64,000 bases of DNA from Rhizodiscina lignyota. Its lineage: Eukaryota. Below the pieces are notes generated by a model. The model had not been told where the DNA came from. It ran no database searches and saw only the letters and a list, made by a program, of their open reading frames with translations. Every line of letters starts with the position of its first letter. Position 1 is the stretch's first letter. The position numbers and the translations under genes are program-made. This document shows, piece by piece, positions 50,213 to 62,479 of the stretch. The stretch lies in the NCBI GenBank assembly GCA_010015805.1, contig ML978134.1, positions 1 through 64,000 of the forward strand, read 5' to 3'.

Positions 50213-53200
50213 ATGGAAAAAGAGGCGTCGCGGGTTTCCGAATCCGCAACAGCACCGCTGGAGTCTGTGGAGGCTGCTTCGCCTACCAATCAACATTTCC
50301 AGGCCATTTTCTCAATCACTGGCATGACATGCAGTGCATGTGTTCGAGCCATTACTGAGCGGCTAGAAACCGAGCCTGTTGTTCTCAAAGCCAACGTTGT
50401 GCTCCTGGCCAGCTCTGCTACGGTCGATTTCTCTGGAGAAGGTCATGCTGGAGACCTTGCGGAATTGATTGAAGAGCTCGGATACGGTGCCGTTATCGAG
50501 GAGGTGAAGCCGATACTGGATCACGAGCAAAAATTTGGCAAGGGGAAGCAGAAAGCACAACTATGGAAGGCAATCATTTCAATGGAAGGCATCATGGACA
50601 CTACTACCGATGAGGCCATCAAGACGGCCCTGCAGGAGCATCCTTCGATATCCCGCACTTCAATCAGCCCCGAGGAGCATGAGCCAAGGGTGGTAGTCGA
50701 GATCAGTGACAGGAAGAGTCTTCCAGAGATCCTGGAGGTGATCAACTCAACTAGTGGACATTACGGCGCAGTTCTTTTGGATCTAGTGCAAGTTGATGCG
50801 CAAACTGATGCCTCTGACCAAGAACTGTATCCCCGATCAGTTTCAGTACAAGTTCAAGGTGGCCTAGATGAGCGGAAGAAAGAACAAATTTACGATGCTC
50901 TAGCCGACTTCAAAGGATGTATTCTGGTTGACACACAAACCCTCAGTACAACCAACACGATACTCAACATTGAATACACTCCAAGAGTTCCAAACTTTAC
51001 AATCCGCAACATAGTCGTGACAGTCAAATCTGTCGATCCGCTCTTCGCTGTCAACATTTATCATCCACTGACTCTCGAAGAGCGTGTCCGGTTGATGCAT
51101 ATCCGGGAACGGCGGAACATCATCTATCGCGTTGTTCTCTCAGTCATTGCGGCAATCCCGTCGTTTATCATAGGCATCGCTCTCATGAGTCTTGTTCCTC
51201 GTAACAATGCTGCTCGAATGTACTTGACGAGACCGTGGGCAAACGTTAGCAGAGCGCAGTGGGCTCTACTGATAATAGCGACTCCGGTTTACTTTCTCGC
51301 AGCCGACATGTTTCATCGGCGTGCCCTGAAAGAGCTTATAGCACTCTGGCGCCCAGGAAGTTCTACACCTCTCTTCCGTCGCTTCTACCGATTCGGTAGT
51401 ATGAACCTCCTAATGTCCCTCGGTACTTCCATTGCATATTTCTCTTCAATAGCGGAGATTATTATTGCATCACAAAAGCCGTTTGTCGCAAACATATCGA
51501 ATAGTTCCTTCTATTTCGATTCCGTTGTTTTTCTTACCATGTTCCTTCTAATCGGCCGTTTGATCGAGGCCTGGAGCAGAGCAAAGACTGCCGATGCAGT
51601 CACAAGTCTTGGCCAACTACGCCCGACGACAGCGAATTTATGCAGCACTGTCCGATTCGATAAAGCTAACTCTGCCCCCATTCAGAAAGTCCCTGTGGAC
51701 ATGATCGAATCCGGCGACGTAATCATGATTGCTCATGGTGCCTCTCCACCTTGTGATGGCTTCATTGTTGATGGCAGCGGAAGTTTTGATGAATCGAGCT
51801 TGACTGGAGAGTCTCGACTTATTACCAAGACAATTGGCGACGACATTTTCTCCGGTACCGTCAACAAGGGATCCCCCATCCTCATGCGCGTCACGAAGAT
51901 TGTCGGCTCGTCAATGCTCGATCAAATAATTCAAGTTGTGAGAGATGGGCAAGCTCGACGAGCGCCAGTGGAGCGTATTGGCGATATCCTCACTAGCTAC
52001 TTCGTTCCTGTCATAACGGTGATCAGTATTACGACATGGATTCTCTGGCTAGCTCTCGGAGAGAGTAGAACACTGCCTCGGGACTGGCTGGATGTTGAAT
52101 CGGGAGGCTGGCCTTACTGGTCATTGCAGTTTTCTGTTGCCGTCTTTATCATTGCTTGCCCATGTGGATTTGGACTTGCAGCTCCAACGGCATTATTCGT
52201 CGGCGGAGGAATCGCCGCAAAGAATGGAATTCTCGCGAAAGGCGGTGGCGAGGCATTCCAAGAAGCTAGTTACATCGACATTGTCGTGTTTGACAAGACT
52301 GGCACTTTGACAGATGGGGGCAAGCCGGCAGTAACCGAGATCGAATATCTACAGAATTCGGGTTCGAATCAGCTTGATCAAAAACTCCTCCATAGCTTGG
52401 TTCAAGCAATTGAGGAAAAGAGCAATCATCCCATTGCGTCGGCTCTAGTCACATATGTCAGCGGCAAGGACCGGGTGAAAGTCAATGCAACCTTCATTGA
52501 CGAATTGCCTGGACGTGGGATGAAGGGCTTGTTTGGGAGCGATGAGTATCCAGATAGCTCGTTTATGGTCCTGCTTGGGAACGAGAAATTATTATCTGAG
52601 AATGACGTTGAGATTCCAGATTCTGCTGCCGAAACATTGGATTCCTGGAAGCGCCAGGGGAAGTCGATTGTTCTTATCGCCATCAGGGTTACGGATCTAC
52701 CGAGTTCAACAGTCGGCGATTGGTCGCTTCAGCTCATGTTTGCCATATCTGACCCAATTAAACCAGAATCCATTGGCGTCATTAAAGCACTAAAGGAGCA
52801 AGGCATTGGCGTGTGGATGATTTCCGGAGACAATCCTACAACAGCATCTGCAGTGGGGCAGACAGTTGGGATTCCGCCCGACAAAGTCATCGCTGGAGTC
52901 CTTCCAGAACAAAAGGCCGAGAAAATACAGTATTTGCAACGTTCGCAGGCAAAGCAAAAGCAGGGTTGGTTCTCAGAGCGCAAGTCGGGTGGCGGTAGAG
53001 CGACAGTTGCCATGGTCGGTGATGGGGTCAATGACTCGCCAGCTTTGACCGTGGCTGATGTTGGGATTGCAATTGGGTCTGGATCCGATGTAGCCATTTC
53101 CTCTGCAGACTTTGTCCTCGTCTCTTCCGATCTTTCAACAGTACTCGTCCTGCTCCAGCTCAGCCGTGCAGTGTTTCGACGGATCAAATTTAACTTTGGG

Positions 53201-53416
53201 TGGGCTCTGGTGTACAACATCATTGCCCTGCCTATCGCTGCGGGGGCGCTGTATCCAGTCCGGAGCAATGGCAGCCATGTACGGTTAGATCCTGTATGGG
53301 CAAGCCTGGCCATGGCGCTCAGCAGCATCAGCGTCGTTTCCAGCAGTTTGGCTTTGAAGACAAAACTTCCATTGGTTGGGTTTCGGAGACCTGCCATCCG
53401 AATTGAGAGATCATGA
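50213..53416 (+). CDS. crpA: P1B-type copper-transporting ATPase, CrpA/Crp1-like exporter
   Basis: GMTCSAC HMA motif, ESSLTGES, TM6 CPC, DKTGT, HP, GDGVNDSP, YN and MALSS Cu(I) motifs. RFGSMNLLMSLG and RLDPVWASLAM blocks recall the CrpA clade (orthology moderately sure). Confidence 0.85.
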   Translation: MEKEASRVSESATAPLESVEAASPTNQHFQAIFSITGMTCSACVRAITERLETEPVVLKANVVLLASSATVDFSGEGHAGDLAELIEELGYGAVIEEVKPILDHEQKFGKGKQKAQLWKAIISMEGIMDTTTDEAIKTALQEHPSISRTSISPEEHEPRVVVEISDRKSLPEILEVINSTSGHYGAVLLDLVQVDAQTDASDQELYPRSVSVQVQGGLDERKKEQIYDALADFKGCILVDTQTLSTTNTILNIEYTPRVPNFTIRNIVVTVKSVDPLFAVNIYHPLTLEERVRLMHIRERRNIIYRVVLSVIAAIPSFIIGIALMSLVPRNNAARMYLTRPWANVSRAQWALLIIATPVYFLAADMFHRRALKELIALWRPGSSTPLFRRFYRFGSMNLLMSLGTSIAYFSSIAEIIIASQKPFVANISNSSFYFDSVVFLTMFLLIGRLIEAWSRAKTADAVTSLGQLRPTTANLCSTVRFDKANSAPIQKVPVDMIESGDVIMIAHGASPPCDGFIVDGSGSFDESSLTGESRLITKTIGDDIFSGTVNKGSPILMRVTKIVGSSMLDQIIQVVRDGQARRAPVERIGDILTSYFVPVITVISITTWILWLALGESRTLPRDWLDVESGGWPYWSLQFSVAVFIIACPCGFGLAAPTALFVGGGIAAKNGILAKGGGEAFQEASYIDIVVFDKTGTLTDGGKPAVTEIEYLQNSGSNQLDQKLLHSLVQAIEEKSNHPIASALVTYVSGKDRVKVNATFIDELPGRGMKGLFGSDEYPDSSFMVLLGNEKLLSENDVEIPDSAAETLDSWKRQGKSIVLIAIRVTDLPSSTVGDWSLQLMFAISDPIKPESIGVIKALKEQGIGVWMISGDNPTTASAVGQTVGIPPDKVIAGVLPEQKAEKIQYLQRSQAKQKQGWFSERKSGGGRATVAMVGDGVNDSPALTVADVGIAIGSGSDVAISSADFVLVSSDLSTVLVLLQLSRAVFRRIKFNFGWALVYNIIALPIAAGALYPVRSNGSHVRLDPVWASLAMALSSISVVSSSLALKTKLPLVGFRRPAIRIERS

Positions 53417-54776
53417 TTTATGGACTGGCCGAAACGACATTTTTACATGGTTGTGTAGATTAAGGCGCCTGAGAAGAGTTTGATGAAGGTTGTGAGCTAC
53501 ACAGAGACTTGCCGCTTGCGTCTCGGGTGTGACAAAAGCTGTCCCACAGCATCCAAAGTATGAACAGCTATAATATAATTAATATAGCGTGACGTTTTTA
53601 ATGGTATGCGATTGCCACATGCATTCTAGGGAATGTAAAACTCAACTTCCAAAGATGGCCTCTCTTACCTTGAAGTTCTCGAAGCTCGAGCTGTTTGCTC
53701 TTTCGTCGCTCCCGAGGCAACCACGTGTGTACTTGCCCCTAAGATCTCATACGTAAATTCGTAATATCTTGGTGAACCGCTTATGGATAACTTTCGGTGA
53801 GGTACGAGCATGCTGTTACGTATCTACTGAAAAACGTGCGCGACGAAAGTATTGAGGAAATGGGGTTAAAGAAATGATCGGCAACTTGCAGAAGAGATGT
53901 ACCTCAGCAGAACTTTGAAAAGCAAAATATCCCTGAATTTAAATGAATAGGTGAGATCTAGAATCATATTTCAAGATTCTGACGACTTGCCATTACTCTT
54001 CTGAGAGATAGCTGAGCCCTGTAAAGTAAGCCCTAATTTTCCGCAACTCTGGCACTCCCGTGGGGAATCCCAAAGGAGACCATGCCTGGACTCTCAAAGC
54101 AGGTACAACAGCCAGAATCGGAAATCCTTTTGCATACGTTTTTCAAGTCTGACATGAGGTAAGGCCAGTCTCCTGGTATGGTGTTCTCATAGCTGTCCCT
54201 GGTGAGAGCGCAACTTCAAAGAATTCCGAATCCTGGACTAGCACATTTTGTCGCTTCACCCGCAAAAACTTTGCCTTGTAATGAGACACAGTGATAACAT
54301 ACCAGGCAGGCTTCATTGGTGGAGTTCAGTAATGCATAGTTGCTGCGGCAAGATCCGTAACTCTAGCATTTGATGCTTTTTTTTTAACGAATTTGCTAAA
54401 CGTGTAATAGCGAAGACTGTGAAAAGGACATGAGAAAGTAACAAATCAGAGAGCACAGGGAAATAATAAAGAAAAGGAATCGATCTTCATATCAGGGTTA
54501 GGTGCTGGAAAGGGAGAATGGACATCAGCATGCATACCCTGGTAGAGCATGTACCTTCTTTGTAATCTTGTCCAAGACGGCGAGCTGTCCTTGTTGCCGA
54601 GCAATGAAGAAGCTGCTCAGGGGAAGTTCTGATCGCAAACTTCGAGGTATAAAAATCCAGGCTCTGAAGGCTTCGGTTCAGTTGACAGTGAAGCCAAATC
54701 AGAGTCATTCCTTGAATCAGATATCTCCAAGCCCATTCAGCAACGTCTCTCGTTTATCCTCTTGCAAATTTCCGCT

Positions 54777-55316
54777 ATGCAACTTTCAACTCTCTTTTTC
54801 TCCTTCGCCCTTGCTGGCACTTCATTCGCGCTCGTGGTACCACGCCAGCTTGAGGTCTCATCGATCTTTGGCACCATCACTTCAGCAGTCGATACCCTCG
54901 AGGGCACTATCAACAACATCACATCAACTGTCGGCGGAGATATCACAACCGAAATCAATGCAGTCGAGACTGACCTGAACAATGTCGTAACTGCTGTTCA
55001 GTCTGCCACTACCGCCATTGAAGGTGCTGGCACTTTGGCGATAACAGATGCGTTGGCCTTGGTTTCTGATGCCACCACCTTGGTCAGCGAGGTGACACAG
55101 GTTGTCAACGGCTTGGTTGCAAATTCTGGAGTCCTCAGCACCGCTGGAGCAACATCTGCGATTTGCAACACCACCTCTACCCTCGAAACATCGGTTGAAT
55201 CATTGGTTGACAGCGTAACTGGAATCCTCCCGCTCGGGTTAGGAGGCGTTGTTACGAACTTGCTGAACTCGGTCAATGGACTGCTTGGAACCGGCTTGGG
55301 GGCACTGGGCTGTTAG
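54777..55316 (+). CDS. Secreted helical cell-wall/surface protein (HsbA/Mp1-like)
   Basis: Signal peptide MQLSTLFFSFALAGTSFA, propeptide …PR, T/V/L/S/A-rich amphipathic helices, two Cys; TATAAAA at about 54648 upstream. Confidence 0.65.
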   Translation: MQLSTLFFSFALAGTSFALVVPRQLEVSSIFGTITSAVDTLEGTINNITSTVGGDITTEINAVETDLNNVVTAVQSATTAIEGAGTLAITDALALVSDATTLVSEVTQVVNGLVANSGVLSTAGATSAICNTTSTLETSVESLVDSVTGILPLGLGGVVTNLLNSVNGLLGTGLGALGC

Positions 55317-56741
55317 ATGCAGCATATTACTATACTTAATACTGTGACATGTGGTGAAGGATAGAGGTTGAGAGGAGCGGGGGCCGAAAGGTGTATATAA
55401 TCCCAAATCTAATGGCATGGCAGATGTAGCCGGTATCTGAATTCCTCCGTCCAAGATGTCCGGGCAAAACTTGCCGTGATGTTTATATTGTGAATCTCTT
55501 GACGGAGCATCAATACAGACATGATGTCGTCGAAGTCGTTCTGGTCAATATCTCGCTCGCCCTGGCACTTTAGATAGCAGTTGGTCACCAATGCGGCTAT
55601 GTCGATAAGGCTCTGGTATCTTTAAACAGATTGAAGTTCGGCGTGCTCGGCGTCTGCATGAATTTCATGTGTCTGAATGCTGTATGCGGCGGATTCCTCG
55701 GGACGCGGCCATTTTGGATCGGGGCTTCTTGAAAATTGTCAGATTCTGAACTTGGTGCCAAACAAACAAGAGCTTTCTTTCTTACTTTAAACGTGGCTGA
55801 GATATACCAAGCCTGATACTGGAGCTCTATTGGGTCACTTCTTATTCAGCACTGTCATGTTCTGCTCTTGCAACTGCTTCAACAGCTTCCGGTTGACAAA
55901 AGGTGATATCACGAAAGTCGCAGTAATATCGTGTTGAAATGAACTAAATTTAAGGACGAGATGGCTGAATGAGTGCGAGTCTGACTACTATATACACAAA
56001 AACATGGCTCGGAGAAGAGGCGGAGAGCCGGCCTCCTCTGACAGGATCAGGGCTCAACTGCAACGGCCATGGAGAGAAGGATTCCCCAGATTTCAACTTC
56101 CGAAGGACATCGCCAGATATAGCAGGCTGTGGTATCGGACGGCGAATCCTACGCCACGAACTCAATCACTCTGTTGCTCCAAGATAGTCTTAGCGCTATT
56201 TCGAGATTTTAGCGGGCTCGGTATCGCGATCACCATCTCCTCTTCCGATTTAGCTCATTGATCCTCCCGCTTTTACATAAGCAGGCGATGTAACCTCTTT
56301 TCAATCTCAACTTCATTGGAGCTACACAACGTCTTCTAGAACTGCTGCGGAGCGCCACATGCCGCTTAGTCAATCTTTCCATGCATGCACGAAAGCTTTG
56401 GGGACGAATCAATTAGCTAACGCTTGTTGAACAGGCGCAATACTGCAGTAAGGCGCTGCTTCTGGATGAAAAGTGGTGTTCGCCTTTTGCGCTTCAGATT
56501 GGCTACTATTCTTTCCTGCATTTTCTTTTCCGACGCTCTGACTGATGACTGACTCTATTCAATGCAGCTACTCATCTTCTTGTTATTTAGGCTGGATGTC
56601 ATGTCAATTTGTGCCTTTCCGTAGCAGCTCAGCTAACTATACAACGTAAATTCAATCCTCTCCGCCCACACGGTCCTGGATAAAACGATGCCACTACCGT
56701 GCTTAGTCTCTTAATCCGACAAGTGGATCAACGTGCTTTCG

Positions 56742-57836
56742 ATGATGGCTTTCACAGCGCCATGCCCATACGTGCCACTCTCACAATTTGATTGGACCTT
56801 ATCACACCCAGTCATCCAGAACCCGGCTCGTTGTGGCGATGTCCCCTGGAACCCGGCTGTTCATGCCTTGACTGCCGCATTTGAAGCTGCATGCTTGTAT
56901 ATGGGTGTCGACCTTATCCTGCAACTCTTCTGTACATTTCGGAAGTGGACAACATTATACTTCTGGTAGGAATTCTAACGATTTAATTACGGCACTTATA
57001 ACTACTGCTAACCTCGCTTTGTATAAAGGTCAATCTTGATCAGCACCTGCGCAACAATGTTATTCGCATCATGGGAGCTTGTCAGTCGGTTCAGTGGTGC
57101 TTCGACGACGGGCACGATCTTGAACAGCATAGCCAGAATTCCCATGCTCAGTGGATTCGCCCTCGTCTTGTACTCGCGGATGCATCTCGTCGTAACAAGC
57201 AAAAGGGTTCTCCGAGGAGCTCTGGCATTCATTATCGTTGTTGCCATAATATTCGATCCGCCGACCGTCGTAGAAGGTGTCCTGGGGCACAATCGAACAA
57301 TCGTCCTCCGCGTGATCCGACATTGTGAGATTATATACGCTGTCCAAGAGGTTCTCCTCGCCGGGATCTACATTTGGGGTTTCTGGGGCTTCACGAAAGG
57401 CTCCCACTCTGAGCCTCGGACTAAAAAGACCTTCGCATTGCTCATCGGCGCAGAAGTCATGATATTCTCAGTCCATGTTGTAGTCATGGTCCTTGCGCTG
57501 ATGGACATCGTGCTTGCGAAGAGGATAATTCTTGCCTTCACATACGCGCTCAAGCTTAAAGTTGAGTTCTTATTGCTCAACTCGCTTCTCAAGTACTCGC
57601 AGCACGAGCAGAACCGGCCCACAATTGAATGGCTGCCGAAACTCCCGGTTGACGCCGAGAAGGGATTTGTGAGTCCAGTAATGCCTGTCACAAGTTGTAT
57701 ACAAACTGCTCCATGGAACGACTTCGAGAAGCACGCGGCGATGCAAAGCCTGGGAGAATTACGAACAGTTCAGCCTATTATCTCTACGCCCTCGACGGAA
57801 CGATCCAGTTTCATCGGAGAATTAGCGCTAGGATGA
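56742..57836 (+). CDS. Fungal multi-pass integral membrane protein; intron about 56966-57029
   Basis: TFRKWTTLYFW|SILIST, GFALVLYSRMHLV, QEVLLAGIYIW, YALKLKVEFLLLNSL; about 7 hydrophobic segments. Confidence 0.8.
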
Positions 57837-58058
57837 GGAATGTACGTAGGGAACGATGGACAAATAGAGGTCATTCAGAGTGAGAATTGGCGATATCAAG
57901 CACGTTCTCGTAGAGCATTCGGACAATCAGAGTATACTTTCAATTCGCCAAAGGAGCTGCTCGAGTAATCACGAAATCAGCAAAAAGCACGCTTGGTCAT
58001 CTCGCAATCACCTTTGCTAAACCCCCTCTTAACCTTGGGAGGCTCATACTCATGCTCC

Positions 58059-59795
58059 TCATAGTCTCGGCTTTTCGCGCGCATCTTCCCTCTTTACGCG
58101 GTCTTTCAGTAACCTGCGCAGGATCTTCCCGGAAGCGCTCTTAGGTATCTCGTCGATGAAGCGTACGCCCCCTCTCAATCGCTTGTGGCTGGCCACCTTA
58201 CTCTGCGTCCAACTCACAATCTCCTCAGCATCTTTGCTCGTGTCTTGCGTGGGCAATCCAGTCTTTTTGTCCCCAGCCTTTCCACCGAGCTTGGCGTGGA
58301 CGATGTATGCCCTTGGAACCTCGGTATGCTGCTCTTTATCCTCGACGCCAATCACCGCAACGTCATTTACGAGTGGATGATCCATCAGCTTCCCCTCAAG
58401 CTCTGCCGGTGCAACCTGGAATCCCTTGTACTTGATCAACTCCTTCACACGGTCTGTGATACTGAAGTTGCCATCTTTATCTTGAAATCCCACGTCTCCT
58501 GTCTTAAAGTAACGCAGCCCGTCCTCTTCAACAATGGAATTCCGAGTCGCTTCTTCATTATTCCAGTAACCCTTAAAGATATTAGGCCCGGCTAACCAGA
58601 GTTCACCCGTTTCACCAGGGCCGAGCTCTTTGCCTTCTGGATCCACATATTTTGCAGTCATGTTCGGGAACATCTTCCCGACACTCCCAACCGACTTGGA
58701 CCACTCATCCCAAGGCTGAGTGTGCGTCATCGGCGATGTCTCGGAGAGGCCATATGCTTGGTTGATTTTGATTTTAAAACGCTCATACACCGCATCGACA
58801 AGTTCCTTTGTCAGTGGTGCTGCTCCGGATGTCATCATACGAACGCTGCTGAGATCGTATTCTTTGACCATAGGATCTCGCAGGAGCCTCACGATGACTG
58901 GTGGAGCGACGTAGACAAATGTGATCTTGTGCTCTTGGATGATCTCGAGAAATTTCCTGAGATCGAACGCCGGCATCACTACCATTTCGATCCCGCGGTA
59001 GAGTGTCTGATTGACGAGACCTTGAAGTCCATAGATATGAAAGAATGGTAACACGCCGATCATCTTGTCCGCGCCAGATTTGTACCAATGGCCGACACAT
59101 CCTTTGATGAGACACTGATCCGCGATGATATTGCGATGAGTGAGCATCACGCCTTTCGGTAGGCCAGTAGTTCCGGAACTGTATACCAGAAAAGCAATGT
59201 CCTCAGCAGGATTCATTTTCCTCCGTCGGTACCGAAGCGCACCAGAAGTCTTGCGGATGTTGGTCCAATGCTTAAATTGGTGCGTCTCATCTTTTTCCGC
59301 TCCAATCAGGACGATACGGTCTCTGGGAATGCCAGCCTTCTTTGCCGCTTCTATTGCCCCTGGCAAGAATTTGACGGTGGTCGCAATCGCCTTCGCGCCA
59401 GCGTTGGATAGCTGAAAAGCGAGCTCATCGGGCGAGTAGGCGGGATTGGCAGGGGAGACGATACCGCCAGCGAAGAAAACGCCGTATGTCAGTGGCCCAA
59501 AATCCACATCGTTTGGGGAATAAACTCCGAGGACGTCTCCTCTTTGCCAGTCCCAGAGGTTCTGGAGGCCTTCCCCAAATGCTACTGCTGCTGCTTTCAC
59601 CTCGCTAAAGGTATATTGTCTTGAGCCAGTTGCTGCTCGATATATCACTGTAACAGGTCAGAATATCTAAAATTTAAGTGGAAATCAATGCAATTAACCT
59701 TGAGAATCGTCAAAATCGCGCTTTTGGTCGAACATGAAAGACCATAGGTCGACATTGGGTATGTCGACGTCGGGGAAAGTGGACTTGGTAGGCAT
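58059..59795 (-). CDS. 4-coumarate/phenylacetyl-CoA ligase-like adenylate-forming enzyme, probably peroxisomal; one intron
   Basis: YSSGTTGLPKGV, LPFFHIYG, QAYGLSETSP, FKTGD, DRVKELIKYKGFQVAPAELE, IPKSASGKILRR; C-terminal PRL is PTS1-like. Confidence 0.92.
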
Positions 59796-60295
59796 CTTGT
59801 GAGCCACGACCAAATGTAAACGAGACGATGCTGATTAGTTGTTCACCGTTGCTGGGAAAATCAAGACTATAAAGTCATGCCGCCGACAAACTGGACGTAA
59901 TAACTCCTGCCTCGTAGTGCTATCGTAATGTAGAAGCGCGGCGTACTTTCATCTAGGGTACCAGAGCAGACCGTGCAGCAGTCATGGACAATGCAAACCC
60001 TGGGGATCCCAGAAACCAATGATCACACGCGAGATAATGAAAGAGTGAGAACGCACATAAGAACCCAGAACAGGTACAAACGGTGACGAAGAAAATTGGC
60101 GGACTTGAGACGGAAGAGATGCTTCCGGCTAGGCAAATCCAATTGGCCCGCGAGCACGTCATTGACGCTGCGACTGACAATCTTGGCATTAACTTACAGA
60201 ATTCTGCCACCCTTTGAAGCCTTCGTTTGTAGTACTCTACCCTAAAGCCTCAATTCGCAAACGCAATATCTAATCCTCTCATTCTGGCCCTCTCA

Positions 60296-60328
60296 CATCC
60301 CGAGAGCATCCCGAGAGCGTCCCGAGAG
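60296..60328. repeat. 11-bp tandem repeat x3 (CATCCCGAGAG) in the divergent CoA-ligase/NmrA intergenic region
   Basis: CATCCCGAGAG CATCCCGAGAG CGTCCCGAGAG read directly. Confidence 0.85.
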
Positions 60329-61319
60329 TAGTGGTGCTGACTCGGATAAGTAGTGGGGTCTCCGGCAAAGCTGACTGGACATAGTATATCCGAAGCCAGT
60401 TGGGGCATGATCCACCGGAGTCATGGGTGCTCGAGTACCTCGCCTCTATATAATTGAAACGCCGCCACTTTCAGCATTCTCCGTACTCCATGAGTCGAAA
60501 TAGATATATGTAACCTCGAGTGCGCCTGCCTTGGAAGATTTGCTTCTCGCATTCGCGGAAATGAGATTCTGTCGTGATAGAAAGCGCGATCTACCTTAGG
60601 TGGGAAGGAGCACTCATATCGAAAAAGTATAAACACCCCCCACCAACTTGGCGAACTCAAACCTCAGACCTCAGAGGTTTACGAAAAGCTGGATTGGAAG
60701 GAGAAATGCCAAAGATTGTTGACCGATGATATTGCCTTAGAGATACCTTATTACTCCTTAAATGCCAACTGTAGTGTGATATCACGGCGCGTCAATTAAG
60801 CTCTCCCATCACATGCGATACAATGTACCTCCAAGCACCATCCTTACAAAGAGCATTTGAGAGGCTCTCGACCCAGCCAGCTGGGACATACGTAACTGTG
60901 ACATGGTCTCGCATGCCCTGTCCGTCGAGATGTCCCAAGAGTCCTGGGTGGTGCAGTATCGGTCTGCGCTTCCCTGCGGCGGGAACTCCCACAAATGCCA
61001 GGCCCACAAAAAAACATTTACCACCCCCTCCGGAACCGACTCCGCCACCTATCAAATCAATCCAATTCACTCGCTACACTCAAGAAACAAGAAACAGGAA
61101 ACAGGAATGTTCCAGCAAATGCTAATTTTTGAGGCTTGAGAGTCGGTAGGCCAATCGACGATCACCTCCCGCCTTCGTGATGTGAAGAGCATCGGCTGCC
61201 AGAAATTACGAACGTGACGTCGGCCCTTAGCTTCCTTTTATTTTATGCTCCGACCACGCCTCAGACCGATGCCTAGAGATTGAGCTTTGCATATTCACTC
61301 AAGGCACTTCTCAAGAAGT

Positions 61320-62373
61320 ATGGCCCGCGATATCAAGAATGTCTTGGTTATAGCAGGAGTAAGTTTCATCATCCAGGCTCCACCACACGCAGCCGCAACA
61401 CAGCTAATGACCATGCCTGATATAGGAAAATGGAAGTCGACATAGTCTATGCGAGATCATCAACTCTACTCTCCAAGAAAAGGGCTTCAATACCAAGTTC
61501 ATACACGGTCTGTGGAACGGAGCAAGGTTGTGTCCGCAGGCTGATACTGACATGAAGAGGCAGGCCAAGTGGAGCAGTCCGCCTTCGAGAACCAAGATGC
61601 AGTCGTTAGTGTTGTCGATCCGGACAGGATTCCGGAGCAGAAAGCCATGATCGATGCTGCGATTGCTGCCGGTGTTTCACGCTTCGTCCCAAGCGAATTC
61701 GGCGACAATACGGTGGACGAGCGTGTGAGGGACCTCGTCCCTCTGTATAATGAGAAGTGGAATATCGCTGAATATCTGAGGACGAAAGAGAGCGACGGTT
61801 TTAGCTGGACGGCTCTGATAACGGGACCAATGTTCGATTGGGTATAGCACCATGGTATCGGAAAGCGACTTGCAAATGCTGGCTAACAAGTCAATCCAGG
61901 CACTCAAGTCAGGATTCCTTGGCTTTGATCTCGAGGCGCATACAGCCGGTATCGCCGACCAAGGAACTGTCTCATTTGCCCTCACAAAGCCCACCACAGT
62001 GGCATCAGCAGTGGCCAATATGCTGCAAGACTCAGAACTCTTGAAAGCGACTACGAACAAATACATCTACATCGCATCTTACACCACCACCCAGAACGAC
62101 ATACTTGCGAAGCTGCAGAAGTTGACGGACGACCATTGGAGGATGGAGCGCGAACACTCGCAGCAGGTTCTAGCAAAGCACAGTGAACTTTATCATAAGG
62201 TTGCGGAGAAGATGCCAGTAGTCCCGCTACTCAATCGTGCGGGGACACATGAGGCAGCGTTCGGCGATATTAGAAAAGTCGAGGGAGGTTTGTGGAATGA
62301 GAAGCTCGGGCTCCCGAAGGATGATCTGGAAGAGGATCTTAAGGCTTTGTTGAAGGAGGGCTTTGCCGAATGA
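61320..62373 (+). CDS. NmrA/isoflavone-reductase-like (CipA-type) oxidoreductase; 3 introns
   Basis: IKNVLVIAG, QDAVVSVV, Q..MIDAAIAAGVSRFVPSEFG, WTALITGPMFDW, GFLGFDL, TTTQNDIL, NEKLGL. Confidence 0.82.
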
Positions 62374-62479
62374 GGCTGATTGATAGCAGCAGCATCGTAA
62401 AGCTGGAGATACCCCCAGAGGCAATTATCATAGCGAATGTGACATTCGGACTGGTGTCCATTGCAAATCTATCACTCCA

